64,000 nucleotides of DNA from assembly GCA_002269645.1 (NCBI GenBank), contig NIVC01001648.1:32544-96543 (forward strand). Direction: 5' to 3'. Below the pieces are notes generated by a model, which saw only the letters and a list, made by a program, of their open reading frames with translations, did not search any database and was not told where the DNA came from. The position numbers were made by a program, and so were the translations under genes. The stretch comes from Macrostomum lignano (taxonomy: Eukaryota). Of the stretch, positions 24,430 to 36,603 are shown piece by piece (positions within the stretch are counted from its first letter, which is position 1; every line of letters starts with the position of its first letter).

Positions 24430-24660
24430 GAAACTCAACCTAGTGGGGTGGGGCTGGCATAATCTAGCTCAGCCAATGAGAGATCAGTAAGGAGAGAGGG
24501 CAAAGTCAGACAGATGAAACTCAGTCTGGGTGTGGGGCAGGCCCAATCTGGCTCAGCCAATGAGAGAACAGTAAGGAGAGAGGACAAAGTCAGACAAACG
24601 AAACTCAGCCTGGGGTGGGGAAGGCCAATCTAGCTCAGCCAATGAGAGAGCAGTAAGGAG
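24430..24660 (+). repeat. Three ~85-bp direct repeats, each with a GT-box and a CCAAT box
   Basis: Units start at 24430, 24516 and 24600. Confidence 0.85.
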
Positions 24661-25906
24661 TAAGGCTAACTATAAGTCTAACTGTTTATCGTCCTAGCTG
24701 GGGGCTTGGGGCGCCAACCCTTTTCTCACTTGCTCGCTATGCAAACGCACTAGTTTTTGAGTTTTTCAAGTTTTACTGCAGTCTTCCCACCTAAATTGAT
24801 TTCTTATCAAATAATTTAGAGTTTGAGGCAGTCTGGAGGTGGTAAAACGGGATGAAGAGGCATTTTTGCGAGTGGGCCGCAAACCTAGCTATTCTAGTAT
24901 GTTTGTATTTAGCTGGAATCTAGTTCGTTCCCGTAAGCAGTTTTAAAGGAATTTTATTTTTTAAAAATTGCACACTGTCGCCGCATATACAGACACTTGA
25001 CAATACGTTTTATATGATATATGATAATTCGTTTTATAGGGATCTTGACACAGGAGTTTTAGAAATTTCACACCAGTCTATCGATCTGTGTACTATTTAT
25101 AAAAATTCTACATTCAATATTTTAATATCTGCTTGTGAATTGTGAACTATCTATCTAATTGCAATCTATTCATCATGATAGTTTCTGGATATTTCTGTGT
25201 TGTATTGTTAGACTTCTAAATATAGTCCATGGTATTTGACGTGCGCTCGATTCTGTAGATTGATTTTAATGAGGTTTTTATCGCTGCTCAGGGGAGTTCA
25301 GGTTGGCAGATGATGAAGGCCAGGATTTTAGCAATGCATGTAATCCGTCTGTCTTTTATGTGCATGTATTGTTGCGCATAGGGCGTTTTCCATTTCATTC
25401 TATTCCTTTTTGCTGCATTTATTTGTCTATACTGTGTTCTATATATTTAATCTTTAAGGTAATTTCTTTGCTTAACTGAGTTCGGTGCGCTGCTAACTGC
25501 TAATGCTAGTGTCTTGTGCGAGCTGTTCATTTAATATATCACTTTCCTATTTGTTTATTCGCAGTAAAATTTGCTTTATTTTTCGCTTATTTATTAGTTG
25601 AATCAATCCTAATACGAATATAGCCACAGATAATACTCGTAGAATAACTGGATGGGCCACTCAGCACGTTTGCGTGCAAGCTACTTTCTGTTCAGTAGTA
25701 AGTTAAACAGAAGCATTTTAACGTATTTTTACAGACAAGGCTCATTTATTGGCTCTTAACCCCCCCCCAAGCTAAACAATCAAACTCCACACGAAACCTC
25801 TACCCCTGACCCAAATTTTCTTACCTTCATCGGTTGTTCCAGCCTAAATCTGCCTTGTACATTTCAGTGGCCAATGTACATTATGGTTGAACCAATTACA
25901 TGTACG

Positions 25907-26921
25907 GCCTGTGTGCAATTAGTCTGAGGCCTGTGTAATTAGTTTGGGGCCTGTGTGCAATTAGTTTAGGGCCTGTGTGCAATTAGTTTGGGGCCTGTGC
26001 AATTAGTTTAGGGCCTGTGTGCAATTAGTTTAGGGCCTGTGTGCAATTAGTTTAGGGCCTGTGTGCAATTAGTTTTGGGGCCTGTGTGCAATTAGTTTTG
26101 GGGCTTGTGTCATTAGTTTGGAGCCTGTGTGCAATTAGTTTAGGGCCTGTGTGCAATTAGTTTTGGGGCCTGTGTGCAATTAGTTTTGGGGCTTGTGTCA
26201 TTAGTTTGGGGCCTGTGTGCAATTAGTTTAGGGCCTGTGTGCAATTAGTTTTGGGGCCTGTGTGCAATTAGTTTTGGGGCTTGTGTCATTAGTTTGGGGC
26301 CTGTGTGCAATTAGTTTGGGGCCTGTGTGCAATTAGTTTGGGGCCTGTGTGCAATTAGTTTAGGGCCTGTGTGCAATTAGTTTTGGGGCCTGTGTGCAAT
26401 TAGTTTTGGGGCTTGTGTCATTAGTTTGGAGCCTGTGTGCAATTAGTTTAGGGCCTGTGTGCAATTAGTTTTGGGGCCTGTGTGCAATTAGTTTTGGGGC
26501 TTGTGTCATTAGTTTGGGGCCTGTGTGCAATTAGTTTAGGGCCTGTGTGCAATTAGTTTTGGGGCCTGTGTGCAATTAGTTTTGGGGCTTGTGTCATTAG
26601 TTTGGGGCCTGTGTGCAATTAGTTTGGGGCCTGTGTGCAATTAGTTTGGGGCCTGTGTGCAATTAGTTTAGGGCCTGTGTGCAATTAGTTTGGGGCCTGT
26701 GTGCAATTAGTTTGGGGCCTGTGCAATTAGTTTGGGGCCTGTGTGCAATTAGTTTAGGGCCTGTGTGCAATTAGTTTAGGGCCTGTGTGCAATTAGTTTA
26801 GGGCCTGTGTGCAATTAGTTTTGCGGCCTGTGTGCAATTAGTTTTGGGGCTTGTGTCATTAGTTTGGGGCCTGTGCAATTAGTTTGGGGCCTGTGCAATT
26901 AGTTTGGGGCCTGTGCAATTA
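25907..26921 (+). repeat. 22-bp minisatellite GGGGCCTGTGTGCAATTAGTTT
   Basis: About 46 units with higher-order structure. Confidence 0.95.
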
Positions 26922-27407
26922 CTGTCTATGGGAGGGAGCAACCAGCCACCAAAGGCGCAGAGAGTGTACATGTCTGACGATGAAGTGCGTATGCGTACTC
27001 AAATTCCAACTGATCTTATTTTATTATCTAATTCATGCGGATTCCCAATGGGGGGCTCGCAGCCGGCGGCGCAAAGAAACTGTCTGACGACTCCGGCTGC
27101 TCCAAAAACGTCATCCCAACAAGGTTCTGGTCACTTCGTCGTCCACCGAGAATGTCGATTCCAAGTAAATTTGATGCGGAAGAATTGTGAATAAGTTAAC
27201 TGTTACGACACGGGCTACATAGACAAATGCCCGTTGTGCAGGGACCCGCAGATCAAGTTATGCAACTCAAGACACTGGAGCTGCTTCCCCTGCTGACCGC
27301 ACAGGGGATCGCCGCCAACGTCCATGACTGCGCGTTGCCAGTCAATCGGCACGACGCGCAGCGACGACTCCTGAACATGGGGCGGCTGTATACCCAACGA
27401 ATTTTAT

Positions 27408-28090
27408 TGCCTTTCATTTCTACCCTAGCGCGTTTTATTGCCTTTCATTTCTACTCCCAGTGAGTTTTATTGCCTTTCATTTCTACCCCCAGCGAGTTTT
27501 ATTGCCTTTCATTTCTACTCCCAGTGAGTTTTATTGCCTTTCATTTCTACCCCCAGCGAGTTTTATTGCCTTTCATTTCTACCCCTGCGAGTTTTATTGC
27601 CTTTCATTTCTACCCCAGCGAATTTTATTGCCTTTCATTTCTACCCTAGCGCGTTTTATTGCCTTTCATTTCTACTCCCAGTGAGTTTTATTGCCTTTCA
27701 TTTCTACCCCCAGCGAGTTTTATTGCCTTTCATTTCTACTCCCAGTGAGTTTTATTGCCTTTCATTTCTACCCCCAGCGAGTTTTATAGCCTTTCATTTC
27801 TACCCCTGCGAGTTTTATTGCCTTTCATTTCTACCCCAGCGAATTTTATTGCCTTTCATTTCTACCCCGCGCGAGTTTTATTGCCTTTCATTTCTACCCC
27901 GCGCGAGTTTTATTACCTTTCATTTCTACCCCTGCGAGTTTTATTGCCTTTCATTTCTACCCCAGCGAATTTTATTGCCTTTCATTTCTACCCCCAGCGA
28001 GTTTTATTGCCTTTCATTTCTACCCCGCGCGAGTTTTATTGCCTTTCATTTCTACCCCAGCGAGTTTTATTGCCTTTCATTTCTACCCCT
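27408..28090 (+). repeat. 31-32-bp minisatellite CAGCGAGTTTTATTGCCTTTCATTTCTACCCC
   Basis: About 21 units. Confidence 0.95.
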
Positions 28091-28874
28091 AAATAACTTT
28101 ATTGTATGTTATTTTAGTCGCGAGTTTTTTGTAATATTGCGAAAAATTTATGTGCCTTTTATATTTTCTTTATTTTTCGACTGACATTTATATGATAACT
28201 TTTTTCGCGTGCCTTTTGCACAATTTCTTATTTTGCTTTCTATTTAAACGCTCATATGACGCAAAACTTAAATTGAAAATATATAGATTTCCTTTTCGCT
28301 TTTATAGCTATAAAAAATATATTGTTTTAACATTTTTTCTAAAAAGAAAAGGTGAGAAATTCCCCTTGACAATTTTTTTGTTGCGCTGAATCGAAGCAAC
28401 CCAGGTACACGAAATTCACGATATCACGTGCTGACTTTGTTGCGCACCTTCTCAAAGAAAAATCAAGTCGCCAGCCCTACAATTAGATATTCAAAAAGAT
28501 TCTGCCAGAAGGTCGGATTTTTCCCATAAGCGCTAGTGCATTCAGCGACGATGGACACCCTGTTGCAAATTTCTCTAGGTTCGCTAATCAAGCCTCAACA
28601 GAGGGCAAACCTCAACTGCTTGACATCCTCAGCTGGTCTCTCAAGCATTCTGTCATCACCCCGACGCCGTCAGCACCTTCAGCAGATGACACCAGACGAA
28701 ACTTGGTAGTTCGACGGGCGGAAAAATATAGCTTGGTATTCCTAACTGTTAATATGCAGTCAAAATACGACAGCCTCGTTGACTGTAAACTTGCATTTAT
28801 AAGACATCAGATTGAAGGGTGAGTTTTGTGCTGATAAGAAATGATGGGTGGAGTTCGCGAATGAGGAAAGAGAT

Positions 28875-29112
28875 CAGATTGAAGAGCCAATCAGAAAGCC
28901 GCGAGGGGAGAGATGACTGAACTAGCCAGAGAGGGAGAGAAAAGAGTGGAAAGAGGTCAGACTGAAGAGCCAATCAGAAAGCCGCGAGGGAGAGAGATGA
29001 CTGAACTAGACAGAGAGGGAGTGAAAAGAGTGGAAAGAGGTCAGAGTGAAGAGCCAATCAGAAAGCCGCGAGGGGAGAGAGATGACTGAACTAGACAGAG
29101 AGGGAGAGAAAA
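28875..29112 (+). repeat. Three ~84-bp direct repeats, each with AGCCAATCAG
   Basis: GAAGAGCCAATCAG at 28881, 28964 and 29048. Confidence 0.85.
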
Positions 29113-29972
29113 CAGAGACGAGAGCAGATGAACTGAAGAAATGAGAAGAAAGTCGCAACACAGGTAGATCTGATTTTATATAAAGCACCCGAGCTCGGAC
29201 GTAAAGTTAACAAAGAGGAGAACGCCACTAATAAAAATATACTAGACGAACTAATACGAGCTAGCCATCAATAAAACTCAATAAATGAAATCTTAGACCA
29301 ACTAATGGCCATCAATAAAACCTTTTAAACCAACTAGTAGTCATGAATAACACTAAAACAATGTCAATACGCGCTCGTGAATAACTTCTTTTGGAGCCGA
29401 AATTCCTCTCTCTCTACTAACAAGTAGAAATTAGCGCAAACGACACCACCACTTGAAAGTTGCAACTGTACGACGCTAACTTGAAGTATTGGCACTTGGC
29501 AGCATTTTGGTTCCCCGAATCTATTTTTAGCTTCGGGGGCGGAGGCTCGCAGGCCTCCTATTGGCTGGCAGAATTCCGGGCCCCCCGCCCACCAAAAACC
29601 CTTGCCCGCCTTCCCTTTGAATTTTGGCTACGCTGCACTCCCGGCGTGTCCTCACACGCGGCCCATTGCGCGCCCGGCCCAACCCCCTCACTTTTCAACA
29701 CCCCGGCCGCCCATTCACATTATATTGATCGCGGCCGGCACGCATATAGCACGCAGCTCCGACTGGCAGCGGGAAGAGCAGGCCAAGCCCCCCCCAGAAG
29801 ACCCAAAGGCAGATTGCGACCCCCAGACAAGTCCAGGCAAGGGGACGGTGGCCCCTCCTCCCCTACAGTGCGATTCCCAAAGCAGACTGGCTCTTCGACT
29901 CCCCTGCACCCTAGTGTAAAGGCAATCGGCTTCCCCGTCTGAGCTGAGCAGCTTCTCAAACTCGGCGACAGG

Positions 29973-30517
29973 ATGGGCGGCTGCGCTACACGCCAGAAGG
30001 AGCTGCACGACCCGGCCTCCAGCTCGTCGCCGATGTCCAAGCCAAGGTCGGCAAAGCAGGCCAACTTGGCGACGCCGTCGAAGGAAGAGTCGCTGCAGCA
30101 GCAGCAGCCGCTTCACGGAACTCCATCCCGACAGCACCAGCTGGTGAAAGGTTGCAGTCTCAACAACAGTCCACAACACGCGCTCCAGTCTCCAAAGGTT
30201 AGACGCGCCTCGGCGGGTCAGCAGCCGCTGCAACAACAGCAGCAGCAGCAGCAGCAACAACAGTCGGAAAGTCCCTGCCGACGGTCGTGCAACAACAGCA
30301 CTCCAGTGCCTCTGATTGTGAACTCCAGTCGGACCTCCTCACTTAAGCAGCCGCAGCAGCCGTCTCCGCAGCCTCAATACTGCGGGGGCGACGCTGGTGG
30401 CGGTAACCTTGGCCAGCAGCCTGTGACGCTTCTAGTAGCAACGTTTAACTATGTTGCCCGCACTGAGGGTGAACTGTCCTTCGAGACTGGCGACTACCTG
30501 ACCCTGGTTGAAGCTGT
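29973..30517 (+). CDS. Src: Src-family tyrosine kinase exon 1 (SH4/unique region, first half of SH3)
   Basis: MGGCATR (Gly2 myristoylation, possible Cys4 palmitoylation), Q/S/P-rich unique region with Q11, then VATFNYVARTEGELSFETGD; donor GT|gtgagt, phase 2. Confidence 0.88.
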
Positions 30518-30574
30518 GTGAGTGCCTCAGATTATGCATTATCTTTAGCTTGGGGTTTCCTTCATCAATCTTTG

Positions 30575-30952
30575 CCTCAGAGAGCTGCATTCCCCTCAGC
30601 GAGCTGCTTTCCCCTCAGCGAGCTGCATTCCCCTCAGCGAGCTGCATTCCCCTCAGCGAGCTGCATTCCCCTCAGCGAGCTGCATTCCCCTCAGCGAGCT
30701 GCATTCCCCTCAGCGAGCTGCATTCCCCTCAGCGAGCTGCATTCCCCTCAGCGAGCTGTATTCCCCTCAGCGAGCTGCTTTCCCCTCAGCGAGCTGCATT
30801 CCCCTCAGCGAGCTGCATTCCCCTCAGCGAGCTGCATTCCCCTCAGCGAGCTGCATTCCCCTCAGCGAGCTGCATTCCCCTCAGCGAGCTGCATTCCCCT
30901 CAGCGAGCTGCATTCCCCTCAGCGAGCTGCTTTCCCCTCAGCGAGCTGCTTC
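30575..30952 (+). repeat. 19-bp minisatellite CCCCTCAGCGAGCTGCATT
   Basis: Src intron 1, near the donor. Confidence 0.95.
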
Positions 30953-32719
30953 CCCACAACACCTGAAAATGTAAAGTTTTGCCTGCCCAAATTTAATTGA
31001 GACTGATTTTATTAATTCTATAAAATTCATCTATTGATTAAGAATATATTTGAAAAGTTTTTATTAATTATGAATATCAGTCAAAACTACTCACTGCACA
31101 CAGACCGATTGAACTAATCACAGAGTTTGCTTTTCCATTTTACATGTAGAGGCATAGTCCCAGTAAAAATGATGGATTTATGGCCAATCAATCAAGGTGC
31201 TTGCCGGCTGTTAATAGCTTAATTAGAGAGAATCTTTCAGTTTTTAGCAGTATATTTCAATTGAACTAAGCACTGGAGGGGGCTGGGCTGGCATAACTGC
31301 AGCCGATTGCGAATTGATTGATTTGTTGGAGAGGTCTGGGCCAAGCCTATCTGAGTCCAGCAGCAGCCTCACCGGTGCTCCACTCCACAGCGCACAGCGG
31401 GTGCAGTTGGAGTTGATGCCTCCGAGAGGGCAGAAATTGTTTGAACAAACCTGAGGGCTGATTGGATTGTGATTAACACTGTCACAAAATAGACCGTTTT
31501 ATTGCCCTGAGAGAGAGAGAGACTGTTTTTGCAGCCAGGTGAATAATGAAGCGCTCGCTTGTTTAACTAACTTTATTACATTGTACTCTAGCGGCGTTGG
31601 CAGACTTTGCCAGCCCGCCTCCCTGATCCTCATCAACTCGCCAAGTTGACAGGAGAGTAGGACAGACAGGCACATGGCTGTAGTGGCTGTTAGTCTGCGT
31701 GTGCGCCCGTCCCGAGTGTACACACAGAGTGCCAGGCTGAGACTTGGCTGTCTGCCAAATAGGCCAGGCCCGAACACCCCCGCAGCCCCCCCCCCCCCAG
31801 CTACAATATACCCGTTCTCCCCTTCGCCCAGCTGCCTCGGCGGACTTGCAAAATTAGTAAAACATAATACACTCTGCCACGCAGTGTGGGGGGCGGGTGC
31901 TGGCCGTATAAACACGGCCCAGTGCAGGGAACTGTGCTCAAAATTTATGGTTTGGTTAACTCCCGTCCGACTCCACCCTTCATCCTGCAGCTTCCCTCTT
32001 GTCGCCATCAATTCTTACACACTGGCCACATTACATCCCGAATCCGCCCTTATTTCTGCCTATCTGAGAGGCGCACTGCAGTTACAGAAAGGGCAGGACG
32101 GCAAAATGGGTGTGGGGTGGACAGAGAGGCTTATAGAAATTAGCTGCTGCCAGATGATGGGAAGAATGCTATTTTACACAGACAGACAGACTAACTGTAT
32201 ATAGACTTGGAATCGCAGTGCATTAGTGCTTTCTAGAGAGGGAAGGATAGGCCGGCCCCGCCACCACTCCGCAGCTGCGTTGCTTTTAGACTGGCGCTGC
32301 TGCTGCTGTGCAAGCATGCAGGGCAAGTTGGGGATGCTGCCGCAGCCTTGCATGCATGGGCGAGATGCAGATTGAGCCGCAGTGGGTGTCCCTCACGCCG
32401 GAATCCCAGCCCCCCCTCCTTGAATTCGGGCCTCTGCTCGCCCCTACCTGCACCCCATCCATCCCCAGCTCCCTCATCTCTCTGTGCGCTGAAATGCAAT
32501 AGTCGAATTGCACAGCGGGTGGGCCGCGCCTGTCAAGGGGAGGGGGTGCAGTTGCCGCGACTTGCAAAGGAAGAAAATGTTTCTGCTTTGCGAGGTTGGG
32601 TAGTAAAATTCCCTGCAGCTTGCTAACCATTGGATGCCGAATTTAAACTGAAAATATATGTGACGTAATTCTGGAAGATAATAACAACTGGTAGCTAGAT
32701 GGAGCCGGTAGCCAGTGAG

Positions 32720-33505
32720 CGAAGGAGAGAAAAGGCGAGGGAGGCAGGGAAAGGGTGAGAGATGCAAAGAAGAGGCGAGAGGGGTAGAGAAAGGGCGAGA
32801 GGGGCAGAGAAAGGGCGAGAAGGGCAGAGAAAGGGCGAGAGGGGCAGAGAAAGAGCGAGAGGGGCAGAGAAAGGGCGAGAAGGGCAGAGAAAGGGCGAGA
32901 GGGGCAGGGAAAGGGCGAGAAGGGCAGGGAAAGGGCGAGAAGGGCAGAGAAAGGGCGAGAGGGGCAGAGAAAGGGCGAGAAGGGCAGAGAAAGGGCGAGA
33001 GATGCAAAGAAGAGGCGAGAGGGGCAGAGAAAGGGCGAGAGGGGCAGAGAAAGGGCGAGAGGGGCAGAGAAAGGGCGAGAGGGGCAGAGAAAGGGCGAGA
33101 GGGGCAGAGAAAGGGCGAGAAGGGCAGAGAAAGGGCGAGAGGGGCAGGGAAAGGGCGAGAAGGGCAGGGAAAGGGCGAGAAGGGCAGAGAAAGGGCGAGA
33201 AGGGCAGAGAAAGGGCGAGAGATGCAAAGAAGAGGCGAGAGGGGCAGAGAAAGGGCGAGAGGGGCAGAGAAAGGGCGAGAGGGGCAGAGAAAGGGCGAGA
33301 GGGGCAGGGAAAGGGCGAGAGGGGCAGAAAAAGGGCGAGAGAGGCAGAGAAAGGGCGAGAGGCGCTGAGAAAGGGCGAGAGGCGCTGAGAAAGGGCGAGA
33401 GGGGCAGAGAAAGGGCGAGAAGGGCAGAGAAAGGGCGAGAGGGGCAGAGAAAGGGCGAGAGGGGCAGAGAAAGGGCGAGAGGGGCAGAGAAAGGGCGAGA
33501 GGGGC
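32720..33505 (+). repeat. 20-bp purine-rich minisatellite GGGGCAGAGAAAGGGCGAGA
   Basis: Direct inspection. Confidence 0.95.
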
Positions 33506-34664
33506 AGACTGAGAGGCAGAAAGGGACACACTAATTTATAGGCTCCTCTCCTACCCGGTATCCCCTGATGAAATTCCAGTCTTTGGGCAAACGCCAAACT
33601 TCTTGTAAAACGCGCTTAGATATGGGGTCGCCGCGTGCTTTTCACGAGCAATAAAAAGTACAAATCACGGCACTTCTGGCTGCCAGAAATATTTTCGAAG
33701 GGCATGCAGTTGACATGCGCCACCGCTGCCCCCCCCCCCCACAGCAGTCGGTGCACTTTTCAAGAATGCATCTCAGTAAATAAGACTTTGCCAGGGAATT
33801 GAGCCCCTCCACCCCTGCTTAAGAGCGGCCAGCTGTGCCTCCTTGGCTCAGATTTTCGCCGCCGACACCTCCTGTCTGGGCACCACTGATCCGCTAAGCT
33901 GAGTGGGCGACCCCCGCTTGTACTGCTTGTCCTGAAACCCACTCAAGAATTATTTGAGTACTTTACTGCTGGCGACTCAAAAGTCTTGGGGGGGGGGCAC
34001 AGAAACACTGTTGGAGCAGCCATGCAGGTCCCCAATGCCGCCCACTGCCGGCTCTGTTTACTCTGGCCAACAGCCAGGTAAAGAGAAATGCTCCCGGCTC
34101 TACTTTTTTTATCCTACGCACGCGCGAAGCCCCAATACAGTTCATTCCCTTTGTCTCCGCCAGCTATTCTATTTAATGCTATTCTTTTGCGCGCCTCAGC
34201 TCCCCCAGAGCGCTCCCGTCAGATCAGTGCGTGGGTGGCAGTTCTTGGCATCCTCTGTTGCAAGCCCGGCTCAATATGCCTCAGCGATCCGTTCTCGCCA
34301 TCTCGCTGCACGTGGGAGGGCTCCGGGCGCAGATTCCTCAGCGATTCGGCTGTCTGGGAGAAAAACAAAAATTTTAAATTAACTGTCGGCAGGAATCTGA
34401 CTGACAGACAGTGAAAAAATTATAGTTAATTAAGGCCGCCTTCTACTTGAGCTGCAGCAAAATCTGCTTCCAGGATCCCTCTTCTTTCTCTCCTATCTGG
34501 TTGCAGGAGAGGTGTGGGAGCGCCCCCATGTTCCCATGGCAACGGGTCAATCAAAACTGAGGTATAGCTGAGTGAGACCTTTTTAGTTAGCAGTTTTTCG
34601 TTGCATTCGTAGGAAATCAGAAGCTGGCTTTAATTTAGCTGTGATCTGAAACTCCACCACGTTT

Positions 34665-34982
34665 ATGATCCCATTGCTATGATCCCTTTCCATAGGCATG
34701 ATCCCATCTCACAGGTATGATCCCATCCCACAGGTATGATCCCATCCCACAGGTATGATCCCATCCCACAGGTATGATCCCATCCCACAGGTATGATCCC
34801 ATCCCACAGGTATGATCCCATCCCACAGGTATGATCCCATCCCACAGGTATGATCCCATCCCACAGGTGTGATCCCATCCCATAAGTGTGATCCCATCCC
34901 ATAAGTATTATCCCATCCCACAGGTATTATCCCATCCCATAGGTGTGATCCCATCCCATAAGTATGAATGATCCCATCCCTA
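34665..34982 (+). repeat. 19-bp minisatellite GTATGATCCCATCCCACAG
   Basis: Src intron 1, near the acceptor. Confidence 0.95.
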
Positions 34983-35044
34983 TAAACATAATATCGCAAA
35001 AGCGAGAGATCTCACTGCATTTGATGCTCATCCTTGCTTTGCAG

Positions 35045-35143
35045 AGAAACCGACTGGTGGCTGGTGGACCACTGGAGAACCAAAGTTCGGGGCTACGTGC
35101 CCAGGGCTCTGGTGGCGTCGCAGAACTCGCTGGATGCGAACAG
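35045..35143 (+). CDS. Src: Src-family kinase exon 2 (second half of SH3); not in the ORF track
   Basis: ttgcag|V-ETDWWLVDHWRTKVRGYVPRALVASQNSLDAN|gtgaaa; 99 nt, phase 2-2. Confidence 0.9.
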
Positions 35144-35198
35144 GTGAAACCCTAGGAATTTTGGCAGCTGCTGTTTGCTTGTGCTCTGAAGTTTTGCA

Positions 35199-35770
35199 GT
35201 AACCTTCCACCGGAAACCCTAGTAACCTTCCACCGGTAATCCCAGTAACCTTCCACCGGAAACCCTAGTAACCTTCCACCGGTAACCCTAGTAACCTTCC
35301 ACCGGTAACCCCAGTAACCTTCCACCGGAAACCCTAGTAATCTTCCACCAGAAACGCCAGTAACCTTCCACCAGAAACCCTAGTAACCTTCCACCGGTAA
35401 CCCCAGTGACCTTGCACCGGTATCCCCAGTGACCTTGCAACCTTAGTAACATTCCACCGGAAACCTTAGTAACCTTCCACCGGAAACCCCAGTAACCTTC
35501 CACCGGAAACCCTAGTAACATTCCACCGGAAACTCTAGTAACCTTCCACCGGAAACCCAAGTAACATTCCACCGGAAACTCAAGTAACCTTCCACCGGAA
35601 ACCCTAGTAACCTTCCACCGGTAACCCTAGTAACCTTCCACCGGTAACCCCAGTAACCTTCCACCAGAAACCCCAGTAACCTTCCATCGGTAACCCCAGT
35701 AACCTTCCACCGGTAACCCCAGTAACCTTCCACCGGTAACCCTAATAACCTTGGACCGGTAACGCCAGCA
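35199..35770 (+). repeat. 23-bp minisatellite AGTAACCTTCCACCGGAAACCCT
   Basis: Src intron 2, near the donor. Confidence 0.95.
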
Positions 35771-36603
35771 ACCGGCTGCAACCAGTTGATAGAGTAAAGC
35801 GTTTTTATTAGCAGAAATTCCGCCTACGGAGAGCTCCGCAGGTTTTCATTCTTAGATGGGCCAAAGCTTTACGCCCGACTGGGAAATAAATGTTAGCAGG
35901 CACTAAAACACCTCGAAGGCAATACGAACAGGCATTCCTGGGACTTCCATTTGGCAGCTGGCCAAACTAATGTGCTGTTTGCTTGGATTTAGTGGCAGGC
36001 GGCGAGATAAGGGGGCTGATTGAAGCGGGTCAGATAGCACTCGGCTGGGGCTCCTCCCGGACCCGCCGCCATCCCCGCTGCTTCCGGGCTGGAAGCACCC
36101 TGTACCAGTCTTGTGGCACTGATGCCAAGCCGTCAGTCCCTGAGCTGTCCGCTGGTTCCCCTCCCACCTGTGCGCGCACCGGCTGATCAGTCAAATTTAT
36201 GATAGTTTGCCATTCAAACTAAATCAGACTGTCTGGCCTTCTTCTTATCAGCTGCGTCAGGATCTGCGGGCCAGCCTAGGGCTGTATTGATGCCGCAGTT
36301 ATCATTGTGCCTTCGCTGAAATGCCTGCACTGCGGGGCTTTGGTGAACTTTTTAATGCCTAAGCCTTGGCTTTGGCTTTTGTACTGCACTTTTCTTGCCG
36401 CTTCTGAGGCTGCAGTTCCGCTGGGATTATAGTTGCCATTCTCTCGGTCCCCCCTTTGACTTGCTCTTCATTCATTGATTCCTTCACGCATTCACTCCCC
36501 TGGCTCTCATTCTTCTGTTCTCTGTTTTTCTTCACGAGCCTCCGTACAATGCTGCTGCAATGGGTAAATACATCAGTTCTCTTCTTCTCTGCCGATGTTC
36601 TCT

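Noticed and set aside
25660-25690. GCACG-TTTG-CGTGC hairpin as a Helitron 3' end
   Set aside because: No CTRR terminus at the expected spacing and no 5' TC end identified.
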